Shown here: positions 38,871-52,042 of the stretch, one piece after another
How the letters are laid out: the number at the start of each line of letters is the position of its first letter
Numbering within the stretch: position 1 is the stretch's first letter
Made by a program: the position numbers and the translations under genes
The notes under the pieces: generated by a model
What the model was told of the DNA's origin: nothing
Databases searched by the model: none
What the model saw: the letters and a program-made list of their open reading frames with translations, nothing else
Source: Hypanus sabinus
Taxonomy: Eukaryota
Assembly (NCBI RefSeq): GCF_030144855.1
Contig: NC_082726.1
Span: forward strand, 19,902,001 to 19,966,000
Direction: 5' to 3'
Length of the DNA stretch: 64,000 bases

Positions 38871-39154
38871 GGTGAACTAAATAATTGTTTTATAGATGTT
38901 TACTTGGAGAAAGTCGCTTTATATGCAGAGTGGACAACAGAGGCCATTCTACAAGAGATCCATGTATGGAAGATGATGGTGTAGAGGTAAGGGTAACCTA
39001 ATAGAACAGTTTATTGTATTCTGCTGGCCTTGTATCTATTTGTAGTATAGATTGTTTCAATGCATTGTAAAGGGTTAAACAGGAAAATCGCTTTCCCAGT
39101 GTAGGATGCAGCTTGATCTATAAGGACTTCTGGTATGGTGGTGGTGTGTTCAAT

Positions 39155-39835
39155 CACAACGGCGTCTATGGCGTCAACCAAAGGTGTTATTGTCCTTTTT
39201 AAACATATTTCTTATGATCGCAAGACTCTGCTGGACATCAAGAATTTGAAGTACAGTAGGTCTACCCGATACACAAAATGCTCATTAGCAGAGAAACTGG
39301 ATGGTGCAGATCATGCCACAGCCTGCCACAGAGAGGCACTGGAGGATTTGGTGCACACTCTAACAGTGAGTCAGATTAGCTGCCTTCCTTCTGATTGTAA
39401 GACCTTGGTGGACATTGTAAACGTGGACTGCTACAGGTCCAATTCACTGATTTATTGGTAATCCACAGGGGAGCTGCGTGGCCTTGCCTGTGGTGAGGAC
39501 AAGCCCTCAATCCCGTGTCCCTGTTTACAGCTGCCCAGGACAGAGGTGTGAGAGTCCGCGTGGCACAGTGTCCAAGCTGGAGTCACGGTTACCCCACACT
39601 GTTACATTTGGCGGAAGGCAAGCTGTGTTATGTTTGACTGTAGATGGCTGCAACATTCATGGACTCAGGATCTTGGAATATTCATTTTTGTGACTGCATT
39701 TTACTGATGTCTTATATATGCCTTGTGCTGTGCAAAACTGTTTCGCACCTTGGCTCCAGAATAACACTGTTTCATTTAGCTGTATTAATGTGTATTCATG
39801 TAGAGTTGAATGATAATTAAATCTTAACTTGATTT
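39155..39835 (+). mobile_element. Non-autonomous Rex1/L2-related element (5' head plus 3' tail)
   Basis: YDRKTLLDI-type N-terminal motif, then a LINE-like 3' tail ending at cttaacttgatttg. No RT. Confidence 0.4.
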
Positions 39836-40464
39836 GCTCAGTCACAGGTCCAGCACAATCCATTTTATTATAATGTAATCAAAACTTTTCAAATGATACA
39901 TTGTAATATTTTAGTTTTACTATGACAAAATTTAACAAAATATTTCCAGCTCTACTCTGCAGAAAATTAAATAACTCTACATTTGAAGTATTACAACTTC
40001 ATGTAAAACATGTTACATAAATTAATATCAAAATATAACTTTAATATCAGACATAACAAAGAGCTAGTTTTTCCAGCATTATTCCGAATTGTGTTTGTAC
40101 CTCAATCCTTTCCGTACGGATTGACTTCCTGGTGCTAGTTTTACAGACCCTGCGCCATCCCATCAAAGTGCTCATCCTCACCAATCAGTCCAAGCATCAA
40201 TGTGCTACTCAAATACTTTTTGAAGTGTGATCACTGTAACGTAGGAACCACAGCAGCCAATTTGCAGATAGCAATCTTTCATTTATAGTTACATCTGGCT
40301 CTTCGGTGACATACTTTAAAAGATTAATGTTGGTCAAGAGATAATTTCCCTGTTCTTCAAAATGTCACATCCATTTAATATTCCACTTGTACAATGCCTC
40401 TGACGGAGCAGAACTCCTGTTCAGGCTGAGGGAATAACGGATCAGATTTTGTGCCTACTTACAG

Positions 40465-40725
40465 GTACAGTGTGCAATGGAACCTTCCAGCCCAACGAGC
40501 TACACTCCCCAGCAACCCACTTACTTCACCCTAACCTAATCACAGGACAACTTACAGTGACCAATTAACCTACTAAACAGACCATCTTTGAACAGTGGGA
40601 GGAAACCCATGCAGTTCACGGGGAAAATGTACAAATTCCTAACAGATGGCACCAGTGCCAGAATTGAACTCCAAACTCTGGGACACCCTGGGCAGTAATA
40701 GTGTTGCGCTAACTGGCACAAAACT
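40465..40725 (-). mobile_element. V-SINE (HE1-like)
   Basis: Homologous to 53255-53497 (ccaattaacctact...gtgggaggaaaccc...gaattgaact). Confidence 0.7.
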
Positions 40726-43097
40726 TGACACAAAACAACCAATTCAAAAGTGAGTATAGTACACATGGAGTTCAGCTGACTCCTCAGGATGCTTTATATC
40801 AGAGCACATTTGTCTTAACTGAAAACCGTAAGAGCACTAATGAAATTTTTCAATTTGCATTTATACACCTTTTTTTTAGTGTAGCCCAACCCCTCCAAAA
40901 CACATCACCAAGGGAGTGGAATCAGATCAGAAAAGGTGAACACTAAGCTGCATATAGACTTAGTATCAGATGCCCTAAAACTTGGTCAAAGGAGGTGTGA
41001 GGAGCATATTAAAAGGAGGGATTTAGGGAAATAATTTCAGTCTTTATGGGCAGCTGAAATCTTGCTACAATTGGTGGTGCAAAATAATTAGTAGTGACAC
41101 AAAAAGTCAGAGTTGAGAAAGAGATTAGAAATAGAGGGATAATTAATATTAGTGGAGATCTTGTGATGAAAGTTCCTATTAATTAATAGAATTGTTCCAA
41201 AGAAGTCTGATTAACACTGCCATTTAATGTGACTTTGTGACATAATTTTGTTTGAAGAGTGGGTGCCAATGAATTAGTAAAATATAATAAGAAAATTCAC
41301 AAGTGTTAAAAAATCAAGAATACTGTCGGCTGAGCACTGGAGCTGTTGCCTGAACACATAATCCTTACTCTCCTGGTGAGAAACTGTCAGAATAAAATTT
41401 ACCTTAGTTATATACTGTCAACTTTTATATCCACTAAATTCACATCTGATGTTATCTAGTTAATTTTCCACTGGGTGGTTTAGTTTAAAGTCACCTTTCA
41501 TGTTTGCCATAGAATCAGAGCACAGAAAGAGATATTTGGCCTCTCAGGTCCATCTCAATCATCAAGTATCCATGCATTTATTACACTTACCAGTACCTGT
41601 CTGCTTTTCTACACACTGATGATTCAGGAGGTTACTTACATACCTTGTTAAGGTTGTGGAGTACCTGCCATGGCTAAGCACACCAGCAGTATGTTCCAGG
41701 TGGTCAACACCCTCTGAAATCACCAGTTCAGCTCTTAATATCTGTCTAGTTCTTCTCAATTGGCTTCTGCAGTCAGACTAGTCAAATTTATTTGTCTCCT
41801 TTATGTTCCAAATTACTGGGGTGGACCTCGATCTAGTGCAATAGTATAAAACAGATGGTGGATGACCTGGTCCACAATGAATTGAAAACGCAGAGTGCAA
41901 TACGAGCTTTCAGATTACTATCAATCATTTCACCCTCATGCACAGAAATCGAGGTCTTTTCCACCTCATCATCCATTCATTACACAAAAAATTTAATGTT
42001 TCTATGATGCTTTGTCACTTCTGTTTTCTGTATCACAAGCTCATGAAATGAACAGATCTGATTACAAACAGACAGGAAAATGAGAATGGTAGGCAAACAT
42101 GAGTCTCCAGTTTTTTAGTGATTGAGGTTTGAGAACTTCAGCCATCATCAAAGATAACATTGAGTTTAAAATAATAACAACTTAATTAAAGTGTAAAGCA
42201 AGGCTCCATAAACACTCAAGAATGTATTGGCGTATAACCAGTGAAATCCTCACAGCTCTCAGTGTATCAGTCCTGGAGCCAAATTACATTTATGGATTCA
42301 GTTTTAGTCCAATATTGCATAAAATATCTAATCATTTGATGTTACTGTCACCATTTCTACAACCTGACAGATAAACAGAAAATTAATGTGGTGTCAAGTG
42401 CTATTAAAGGACAAGAAATAAGAATAAATGCACGTTTTCCTTACACTGTAACAATCACAATGTTTCCTGTTAGTAGTGTTCCGAACATGATCTATGGAAC
42501 TTAGCTTTTACATTGTGTACACTACCTCAAACACACTGCAGTTTGGGCTGTTTCCCTTTCGCCAATTAACTGATGTTAAAACTACACAAGGACAGTTTAA
42601 CTCTCTCCTCTCTCTTGACTGAGGAACCTGATGACATGTGAACCTAAAGAACACAGCACACATCAAAGGCAGTTAAGCAATTTATGTGAAATCAATGTCC
42701 AGTTGTTGACCAGCTTGCTGATTATTTTCAGTTTCAGTGCTTTGGTACAAAGCCTTGTGCACTAGGAGTGCCTACAGGGAACTGGTGTATCCCCATGTCT
42801 CAGCCAGCACACACCCATTGTCATGTGTGCTGAGAAAGGGTAAAATGAGCGGAAGCAGCTTCAGTAAATCACGATTAGTTGAGGTTACTTATACCCAGTA
42901 TCGCAGCTTGGCTATATGCCATTAACTTAATAAAATGAGCAAGTATCTAGAATTTCAATGGCAAAAATGTGCTCAGTATATCCAATTGACAGTATTCAAG
43001 ACAGTGAGCCAGTAACCATCTGTAGTAAATTTTACTGGTATCACAGACTGAGCAGATGGAACTGTTGATAGATAGTCTTTTCCACTGTTTCCAGTGA

Positions 43098-43340
43098 AGA
43101 CCGTAAGACAAAGGAGCAGTATTAGGTCACTCAGTCCATCAGATAAATCATGGCTGATTTATTATCCCTTTCAACTCTATTCTCCTGCCTTCTCCTTGTA
43201 ACCTCTGACACCCTTACTAATCGAGAACCTAGCAACCTCCGCCTTAAATAAACCCAATGAATTCCACAGATTCACTACCCTCTGTCTAAAGAAATTCCCC
43301 CTCATCTCTGTTCTATCCTTGTGTTCTGAGGCTGAGCCTC
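43098..43340 (-). mobile_element. CR1 3' end
   Basis: agaccgtaagac tail plus 3' UTR homology to 4860-5172. Confidence 0.75.
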
Positions 43341-43581
43341 ACAAGTGACATAAACGAACAACCATCTAGCCAAGAACCAAATGGAACTGGCTGGCAACTA
43401 AATTAAGATATTCAAACCTTCATATGAATCAGAGCATTAAGTTTTCACTGAAACTGCCCAGCACCAATGGCAGACCCCGTGAACTGACGAGGAGTTGGCC
43501 AGCAACTCCATGTGCAGTGTAGCAAGTATCTGACAGAAGTTTAGTAGTTAAAGTTGAGTGCATAATCACAAATATTTAATA

Positions 43582-43587
43582 TTTATT
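43582..43587 (-). promoter_or_regulatory. Candidate polyadenylation signal AATAAA of the minus-strand gene
   Basis: tttatt on +, 45 nt past the TAG stop at 43633. Confidence 0.45.
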
Positions 43588-43632
43588 ACACTCATATTAT
43601 CTTCTCCACTAGTTTAGTCCAAGGAGACTGTG

Positions 43633-43965
43633 CTACCAACTCCACTTTGATATTTCGCTCTCATCATTTTCCTCTGGTTCATTCGGCCTTCTAGCTAGAT
43701 GCACAAGCTCTTGCTCATCTGCTGCCTTCTGAATACCTGTCCCACAGGCACGGCTCGTATCCTTCGTGACAGTGTTAGTCGGTGCCACAGCAGAAATATG
43801 GCTGCTGCTGGCAATGCCCTCTTCAGCCCACGTGGCTGGAATTGTCCTGTACAGCTCCAGCTGTGCCACCAGGGGGAGCCCCAAGTCGATATCTACTATT
43901 TCTTCCAGCTTTGGCTTTTTCTTACAGCTTTGATACTGGAGGATCACCCGCAGGATCAATGGTTG
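43633..43965 (-). CDS. Terminal coding exon of uncharacterised gene (QPLILRVILQYQSCKKK...ISKWSW*)
   Basis: Strong acceptor tttttttttttgcag|CAA, phase 0, 111 open codons including the stop, non-repetitive sequence, AATAAA downstream. Confidence 0.75.
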   Translation of the reverse strand, partial: QPLILRVILQYQSCKKKPKLEEIVDIDLGLPLVAQLELYRTIPATWAEEGIASSSHISAVAPTNTVTKDTSRACGTGIQKAADEQELVHLARRPNEPEENDESEISKWSW

Positions 43966-46328
43966 CTGCAAAAAAAAAATAGAACTGATCTCTTAGAAAA
44001 TTTCCTTAGAAAGGAAAGTAGTTGCATTCAATTTGTATTTGTGTTGTGTAAGTAGCAACTTGCTTCCAGGCACCACCACACCGCAGGAAGAATATATTAG
44101 CTTCAAGATTCTTGGAGCTAAAAGGTTTGAATTATGAGGAAAAGCCTTACTAACTTGACTTGCATTTCTTGAATTTAGGTTTTTGAGATGTACAGAGACT
44201 TTGTATAATGGAGGGCAACTCCTTTTGGATGTGAAAATAGGAAAAGAGGTTTTAAAAAATGAGAATTGCAATATTCAGGGAAAACGTCAAGAATCAGAAA
44301 AGGAATGGAAGGCTCAAATAGTTGTGAAAAAGGAGAGCTAAACAGGAATTGGTAGATTTATATTAGTATTGAGAATTATAAATCAATGTGGTAAATGGAA
44401 ATAAGATGGATCATTTCATTGAATGGTGGTGATGTTTCATGAGGTAAGTGGCTTTTACTTCCTCATTATTTCAATAGCTGAGGCAGTGTACGTAGAATAA
44501 CAGGTTAGTCAGACTGACTGCAGTGAACGTGATGCACTTGCATTATCGGAAGTGGCTTAATAAGTTCCTGATAGAGTTTAGTCAACAAGATTTCAACAGA
44601 CAGTTGAGCAGGCAAGTATCTTTATCTCAACCCGATTTGTAAAGAAAAATAGGGAAGTCTTCTGCAATTACATAGGGACTTGGTAAGACCACGTGTGGAG
44701 TACTGTGTAAAATTTAGGTGTTTTACCTATGAAAACAGAGCTATGAATATTCCTTTGACTGGGCCCAGGGATGGCAGGATTGCTATGAGGAGACTAGGAC
44801 TGAATGAGCGTTCATACAAATTCTTATAAGATCTTCACAGGCTAGATACTGAGAGGTTGCCTCCTTTGGTTGAAGAGTCTAGAACAGGAAACACCACTTA
44901 AAGGGAATTGCCTGCTCTAAAGGACTGTGGAAAGTCACTAGGGTGCTGGAGACAGTGGACTCTTCCTTCCCAGTGTTTAACTGGCAGGGAAAAAAATCAG
45001 CTCATAAATATTTCTGACTGAGCTTTTTTGGAGATAATGGTGCAGAATCAGGAAGGTAAAAAACTACTGTTGAACGTACTGTGTTACAAAGGTGGAACAA
45101 AGCAGTCCCACCAAGGAAAGGGACAGACCATGAAAAGGCAAAAGGAAGTCAAGAAAACTAAGGGATAGATGAATGGAACATAAACACCAGTCACAAAATA
45201 TGGCACTTGTCACTTTGTTAAATATGTCTCCTTGCTCTGGTAGTGATGGAAGCCACACTGGATGGATTCAAACAGAGTGGTGTTAATGCTCAGTAATAGC
45301 TTTTCAGAGCTTATTTTTGTTTTATTCAGAAACACATTTAAGGCCTTAAATGTGAAAACGAGAAAACCTTAATGTAACCTACACAAGAATTTACCACGAG
45401 ATTCATGTACATAACTGAAGCTGATATTCCAAAAAATGTCAGAGCTGCTATAATGTTGTAGATATTGTTTCAAAAAGAAATTATACTAAATATCTTGTTT
45501 ATTCTCTTCTGAATTTAAAGATACATTTTAATTTTGAAAAAGAGCAAAGGAGTTCTATCCAATATCCTGGCCTATAGCCTCAACTGTCCCAGTAAAATAG
45601 ATGATCTCATCTTTATCATATTGGATCTAACCGTCTTGAAATTGGTTACAGGTAACCTTGTGTTGTGGTTTTTCCATAAATTTGCCCTTCACAAATCAGA
45701 ACCTAAAATTTAAAAATAGGGAATAAAATCCGCTCTCATGTAATCTATATTAAGTAAAAAATAATTTTTATTTCAACTTGTGCTTCTTGATGCATGTGTA
45801 GATGATGTGGCTTTACACCTTGAAAAATGCAATATGGACTGTTTTCTAGCAGCACAACACTCTGCCCACCCCTCACTCCCAACCCCCATAATACAGGGGC
45901 TATCGGTATTGTTTTTCTGCATAATTACTCAAAAATACTTTATTATATATGCAGCATTTTTCTGCACTGACCCTATATCCCCTGATGACTTTAATATCTA
46001 AAAACCTATTAGATAATTGTAATTAGTGACGGAACCATCACAGTCCTTTGGAATTCCAAAGATCCGCCTGTGTGTAAAGAAATTTCTTCTTGCCTGGTCC
46101 TGAACGGGGAGCCCTGATTTTAAATACCCCAGCCTGGGGAAACATCAACTTCATATTTACCCTGTCAAGCTCTTTACAAAGTTTTTATATTACAATAAGA
46201 TCACTTCTCATTCATCTAAATTCCTGAGAGCACACACCAGGTTGGCCTAATCTCTCTTCAAATAACAAACCCATCAATCTAGTAGATTGTGAAAGGTGCC
46301 AGAAGACGTGAGCTTCTTTGCTCTTTAC

Positions 46329-46454
46329 CTTCAGTTTATGCAGACCACAGAGCTTCAATGATGTGTCTGATTGCTGGTTGCCATCGAGAGAAGAGAGCAG
46401 GGAATCCATTTGGGATGAGTCTCCATCAGGGTCTGAAATGTTATCAGCAAGCTC
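46329..46454 (-). CDS. Internal coding exon (ELADNISDPDGD...CGLHKLK)
   Basis: Acceptor ttgtttgttccag|GAG, donor AAG|gtaaag, 126 bp, phase 0-0, open. Confidence 0.8.
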
Positions 46455-46699
46455 CTGGAACAAACAAGTAAAGCAACTCATTTTCTAACAGCTGTTCAGC
46501 AAATGCCAGAAAAGAGCAAAAAAAAAATCTGAAGCACACTCATTCGTTCATTTCCCATTTGAAAGTCCTTTTCCTATTGTTTAGTTAAACAGCCCTTTAT
46601 ATTATTATAAGAGGTGAACCAGCAATTTTCTTGAATGGAGGGCACAACCAGTAGCATTTTTTTGTAGGAGTAAAAGAATTGTGCTTGGCAATCAGTCTG

Positions 46700-47175
46700 C
46701 ATTAGAGGAGGTTCACGAGAATTATCCTGGAAATGAAATGGTTAATGTATGAGGGGTGTTTGATGGCTCTGGGTCTGAACTCACTGGAGTTTTTTTAGAA
46801 AGTGGAGGGATCTCACTGAAACCCATCAAATATTGAAAGGCCCAGTTAGAGTGGATATGAAGAGGATGTTTCCTTTAGTAGGGGAGTCTAGGATCAGAGG
46901 CCACAGTCTCAGAATAGAGGGGCGTACCTTTAGAACAGAGACGAGGAAGAATTTCTTTAGCCAGAGCATGGTGAATCTGTGGAATTAATTGTCAGAGGTA
47001 ACTGTGAAGCCCAAGTCAATTGGTACATTTGAAGTGGACACTGACAGGTTCTTGATGAGTTGGGGCATGAAAGGTTATGGGGAGAAGGCAGAAGAATGGG
47101 GTTGAGAGGAAAAATAAATTAGCCATGACAGAGCCAACTCAATGGGCCCAATTCTCCTATGATTTATGGTCTTAT
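46700..47175 (+). mobile_element. CR1 3' end (older copy)
   Basis: ORF2-end homology and ttatggtcttat tail. Confidence 0.8.
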
Positions 47176-48949
47176 AGAAATTAATGGTTTTGAACAAAGA
47201 TATGGCAGACCAACTGAATAACTACTTTGGTTCTGTCTTCACTAAGGAGGACATAAATAATCTTCCGGAAATAGTAAGGGACCGAGGGTCTAGTGAGATG
47301 GAGGAACTGAGGGAAATACATGTTAGTAGGGAAGTGGTGTTAGGTAAATTGAAGGGATTAAAGGCAGATAAATCCCCAGGGCCAGATGGTCTGCATCCCA
47401 GAGTGCTTAAGGAAGCAGCCCAAGAAATAGTGGATGTATTAGTGATAATTTTTCAAAACTCCTTAGATTCTGGATTAGTTCCTGAGGATTGGAGGGTGGC
47501 TAATGTAACTCCACTTTTTAAAAAAGGAGGGAGAGAGAAACTGGGAAATTATAGACCGGTTAGTCTGACATCAGTGGTGGGGAAAATGCTAGAGTCGCTT
47601 ATCAAAGATGTGATAACAGCACATTTAGAAAGAGGTGAAATCATCGGACAAAGTCAGCATGGATTTGAAAAAGGAAAATCATGTCTGAGAAATCTTATAG
47701 AATTTTTTGAAGATGTAACTAGTAGTGGATAGGGGAGAGCCAGTGGATGTGGTATATTTAGAGTTTCAAAAGGCTTTTGACAAGGTCCCACACGGGAGAT
47801 TAGTGTGCAAACTTAAAGCACGCGGTATTGGGGGTATGGTATTGATGTGGATAGAGAATTGGTTGGCAAAGAGGAAGCAAAGAGTGGGAGTAAACAGGAC
47901 CTTTTCAGAATGGCAGGCAGTGACTAGTGGGGTACCACAAGGCTCAGTGCTGGGACCCCAGTTGTTTACAATATATATTAATGATTTAGACGAGGGAATT
48001 AAATGCAGCATCTCCAAGTTTGCGGATGACACGAAGCTGGGCGGCGGTGTTAGCTGTGAGGAGGATGCTAAGAGGATGCAGGGTGACCTGGATAGGTTAG
48101 GTGAGTGGGCAAATTCATGGCAGATGCAATTTAATGTGGATAAATGTGAGGTTATCCACTTTGGTTGCAAGAACAGGAAAACAGATTATTATCTGAACGG
48201 TGGCCGATTAGGAAAAGGGGAGATGCAACGAGACCTGGGTGTCATTATACATGAGTCATTGAAGGTGGGCATGCAGGTACAGCAGGCGGTGAAAAAGGCA
48301 AATGGTATGTTGGCATTCATAGCAAAAGGATTTGAGTACAGGAGCAGGAAGGTTCTACTGCAGTTGTACAGGGCCTTGGTGAGACCGCACCTAGAGTATT
48401 GTGTGCAGTTTTGGTCCCCTAATCTGAGGAAAGACATTCTTGCCATAGAGGGAGTACAGAGAAGGTTCACCAGATTGATTCCTGGGATGGCAGGACTTTC
48501 ATATGAAGAAAGACTGGATCGACTAGGCTTATACTCACTGGAATTTAGAAGATTGAGGGGGGATCTTATTGAAACGTATAAAATTCTAAAGGGATTGGAC
48601 AGGCTAGATGCAGGAAGATTGTTTCTGATGTTGGGGAAGTCCAGAACGAGGGGTCACAGTTTAAGGATAAAGGGGAAGCCTTTTAGGACTGAGATGAGGA
48701 AAAACTTCTTCACACAGAGAGTGGTGAATCTGTGGAATTCTCTGCCACAGGAAACAGTTGAGGCCAGTTCATTGGCTATATTTAAGAGGAAGTTAGATAT
48801 GGCCTTTGTGGCTAAAGGGATCAGGGGGTATGGAGGGAAAGCAGGTACAGGGTTCTGAGTTGGATGATCAGCCATGATTATACTGAATGGCGGTGCAGGC
48901 TCGAAGGGCCGAATGCCCTACTCCTGCACCTATTTTCTATGTTTCTATG
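47176..48949 (+). mobile_element. Young 5'-truncated CR1 LINE with near-intact RT
   Basis: ORFs 47184-47732 and 47725-48858 (QHGF, SGVPQGSVLGP, FADD, LVRPHLEYC) are separated by one frameshift. 3' UTR hairpin and TTTCTATG tail. Confidence 0.95.
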
Positions 48950-48978
48950 ATTGCTGTGAACAAGGTTTCCAAGGACAC

Positions 48979-49904
48979 CACACACAAAATGCTGGTGGAA
49001 CACAGCAGGCCAGGCAGCATCTATAGGAAGAAGCACAGTCGACGTTTTGGGACAAGACCCTTCGTCAGGACTAACTGAAAGGAGAGATACTAAGAGATTT
49101 GAAAGTAGTGGGGGGAGGGGGAAATGCAAAATGATAGAAGAAGACCAGAGGGGGTGGGATGAAGCTAAGAGCTGGAAAGGTGATTGGTGAAAGAAAGTGG
49201 GGGGGGGGGAGCACCAGAGGGAGATGGAGAACAGGCAGGGTGATGGGCAGAGAGAGAGAGAAAAAAACTAACAACTAAATATGTCAGGGATGGGGTAAGA
49301 GGGGAGGAGGGGCATTAACAGAAGTTAGAGAAGTCAATGTTCATGCCATCAGGTTGGAGGCTACCCAGCCAGTATATAAGGTGTTGTTCCTCCAACCTGA
49401 GTGTGGATTCATCTTGACAGTAGAGGAGGCCATGGATAGACGTGTCAGAATGGGAATGGGATGTGGAATTAAAATGTGTGGCCACTGGGAGATCCTGCTT
49501 TCTCTGGCAGACAGAGTGAAAGTGTTCAGCGAAACAGTCTCCCAGTCTGCGTCGGGTCTCACCAGTATATAAAAGGCCGTACCGGGAGCACCGGACGCAG
49601 TATACCACACCAGCCGACTCACAGGGGAAGTGTCGCCTCATCTGGAAGGACTGTCTGAGGCCCTGAATGGTGGTGAGGGAGGAAGTGTAAGGGCAGGTGT
49701 AGCACTTGTTCTGTTTACAAGGATATATCAGAATGGGAATGGGATGTGAAATTAAAATGTGTGGCCACTGGGAGATCCTGCTTTCTCTGGCGGACCGAGT
49801 GTAGGTGTCTACTGTCAAGATGAATCCACTCAGGTTGGAGGAACAAAACCTTATATACCGGCTGGTTGTTGTTTGAATTTCCAGCATCTGCAGATTTCCT
49901 CGTG
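48979..49904 (-). mobile_element. Penelope-like element insertion (GIY-YIG end plus terminal repeat), rearranged
   Basis: Open frame PCKQNKCYTC...VVYCVRCSRYGLLYTGETRRRLGD...EEQHLIYWLGSLQPDGMN. Flanking ttcc(a/c)aggacac duplication (48967-48978, 49905-49916). Confidence 0.9.
49036..49073 (-). ncRNA. Hammerhead motif in PLE terminal repeat (GAAA mutated to AAAA)
   Basis: Minus strand reads tagtc-CUGACGA-agggucuugucccAAAA-C-GUC-gacug. Stem I pairs, but core G12 is lost. Confidence 0.65.
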
Positions 49905-51300
49905 TTCCCAGGACACTGTTCTTTCCCATATACCACACCAGCTATGGAGGAAAGAAATCTTTGGTATCATTGAGACTCCTAAACTGAAACTTTTCAAAGG
50001 CATTAGCTGGACACATGGATGAATCTGAAAGCGGTTGACTCCTTTCCCATGGTGTCGGAGCTGTTGTAAAGAGCATGGGACCTTCCTCCTGTTCACCGCG
50101 TCTCTGATCTCAATCCAATGATGACCAATGCTTGAGTAGTACTGACTTTCATTTTATTAGTGACAAATAGGTTAATTTGTAAGTGTTGGGATTCACATCC
50201 CACAAGCACATAATTTGATCTTTATTCTCCATCTCTGGCCTCCAAAATGTAATTGTTCAAATACCTGTGTATTGGCATCTACAAGATGTGCCTCCAACCT
50301 GTTAGTGCCAGTTCAAATTGGGCTAACTCTTGGAAAAGGTGAACTGTTGGAGGAACTCAGTGCCTGATCTCCAGGGTTTCTTCAGCACTTTGTGGTTTTT
50401 ATTGCTCCAGTATCTGCAGTCTCTTGTGTCTCTGGGCTAACTATTGGCAACTCAGGGGTCTTGGGTCCTACACGGCCAGGTTTGGGAGTAGTTGTTTCCC
50501 TACAGTCTCTGGGCTCCTGAACAGGCTTCATTTAGCCTCAGTGCTGAATACACTCTCTCTTTCAGGGACTCTGCAGTTCATGCTCCAAGTGCTTTTGTTT
50601 ACACTTTTTTAACAATTTGCGTGATTTCATCAAGGCTGAGGGCGAAGGACAAAACGGTGTTCTGCTCAATACTCCGTGGAGTTTACTCGCTCCTGCAGTT
50701 GCAGCTGCAACTATCGGCGCTTGCCTCAGCGCTGAACTGGCCCCATGGCTATGGCCCGCAGCTATCGGGCTCTTTGAGCCACATCACTTGCCTCCATGTC
50801 TGTGGACTCACTTTCGGGGACTGTGCAGTTAATGTTCTGTGTGTTATTTGTTTACTTTATTATTGGCACGATTCGTTTTTCTCCCCCCACACACTGAGTG
50901 TTAACAGTCTTTCTTACCTGGGGATTTTTAATAGGTTCCATTGTTTCTTTGTTTTGTGGCTGCCTCAAGGTTGTATATGGTATACATATTTTGATAATAA
51001 ATGTACTTTAAACTCCATGACTCATTAAACAGTATGATAGAACAACTCATTGCTATTGCAAAAGGGGAATAACATTTCATCCCCTCACACTTACAGTAAA
51101 GGAATACCTGGAATCCTAGACACATCACGATAGAAAGAATCTGCAACTCACAGACACTGAGATGGAGGATATTTGGTCTCCTGCTCTCCTGACATACTTG
51201 GATAGGTGTCCTGGTACAATTCTCGTTGGCCTCTCTTAGCATTTTGATGACTGATCAGAAACATGAGTCTGAAATGAGTATTCAGATTGTGCTCACTCAC

Positions 51301-51455
51301 CTTTGGCTTCTGAAGGGAAACTTTACACTCCGCTATCTGGGAAGATCTTGCCTTGATGTTGACATAAATTGTCATCACGTTGGAGAAAACGGCACTACAG
51401 CTTAACTCCACTACCACACCACAGGGAAACTGAATAGTCTTCTTCTCAGGCAGTT
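51301..51455 (-). CDS. Internal coding exon ([E]LPEKKTIQFPCGVVVELSCSAVFSNV...LQKPK)
   Basis: Acceptor tctattgtcag|AA, donor AAG|gtgagt, 155 bp. Phase 1-0 bridges the neighbouring exons. Confidence 0.8.
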
Positions 51456-51508
51456 CTGACAATAGACACCAAATGAATATTATATTAGGCCACTGTTCAC
51501 CTGCTATA

Positions 51509-52042
51509 CAGTACTGTGCAAGAGTCTTAGGCACATAAATAAAGCTAGGATGCCTATGACTTTTGGATAGTACTCTAATAATTTGAAGTATTGCACTGTA
51601 CTGCTGTAACACAAAAAAACAAATTTCAATACATATGTGAGTGATGATTAGTCTGATTCTAATATGGGTCTCTATTGTGGACTGAGAGTGGGAAGGGGGC
51701 AGGGAGAGCGGAATCATATTTGGGGGAAAGGGGAATGGAGAGGAGATGTGTGGGAAACACCAGACATTTTGCAATGATCAATAAACCAAATGTTTGGAAT
51801 TAAATGACCTTGTCTGGTGTCTCAGGGTTGGGTGCCCCTGCAACCCTGCCCCTGATACTCCTCTGCCACCTGTCCCACACCCCTCTCACAGAGCTTCACC
51901 CTCACCATTCTCAACATCCTTTGCTCCCACCATATTTACAAACTTGCTCTCTGCTCCACATTAACAACTACAGTACTGTGCAAAAAGTCTGAGGCAGCTT
52001 AGCTTTATATTATATACGTGCCTAAGACTTTTGCACAGTGCC
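51509..52042. mobile_element. Tc1-type composite MITE with two hairpin ends and a captured LINE tail
   Basis: Palindromic units at 51509-51575 and 51971-52042. The interior includes a LINE 3' tail matching ~58425-58503. Confidence 0.75.

Noticed and set aside
47766-48875. Minus-strand ORFs opposite the CR1 RT
   Set aside because: Antisense shadows of the LINE ORF2. The same applies to similar ORFs over other CR1 and PLE copies.
51148-51774. 208-aa ORF as a single-exon gene
   Set aside because: Only 51301-51455 is bounded by splice sites. The rest reads through intron and MITE sequence.
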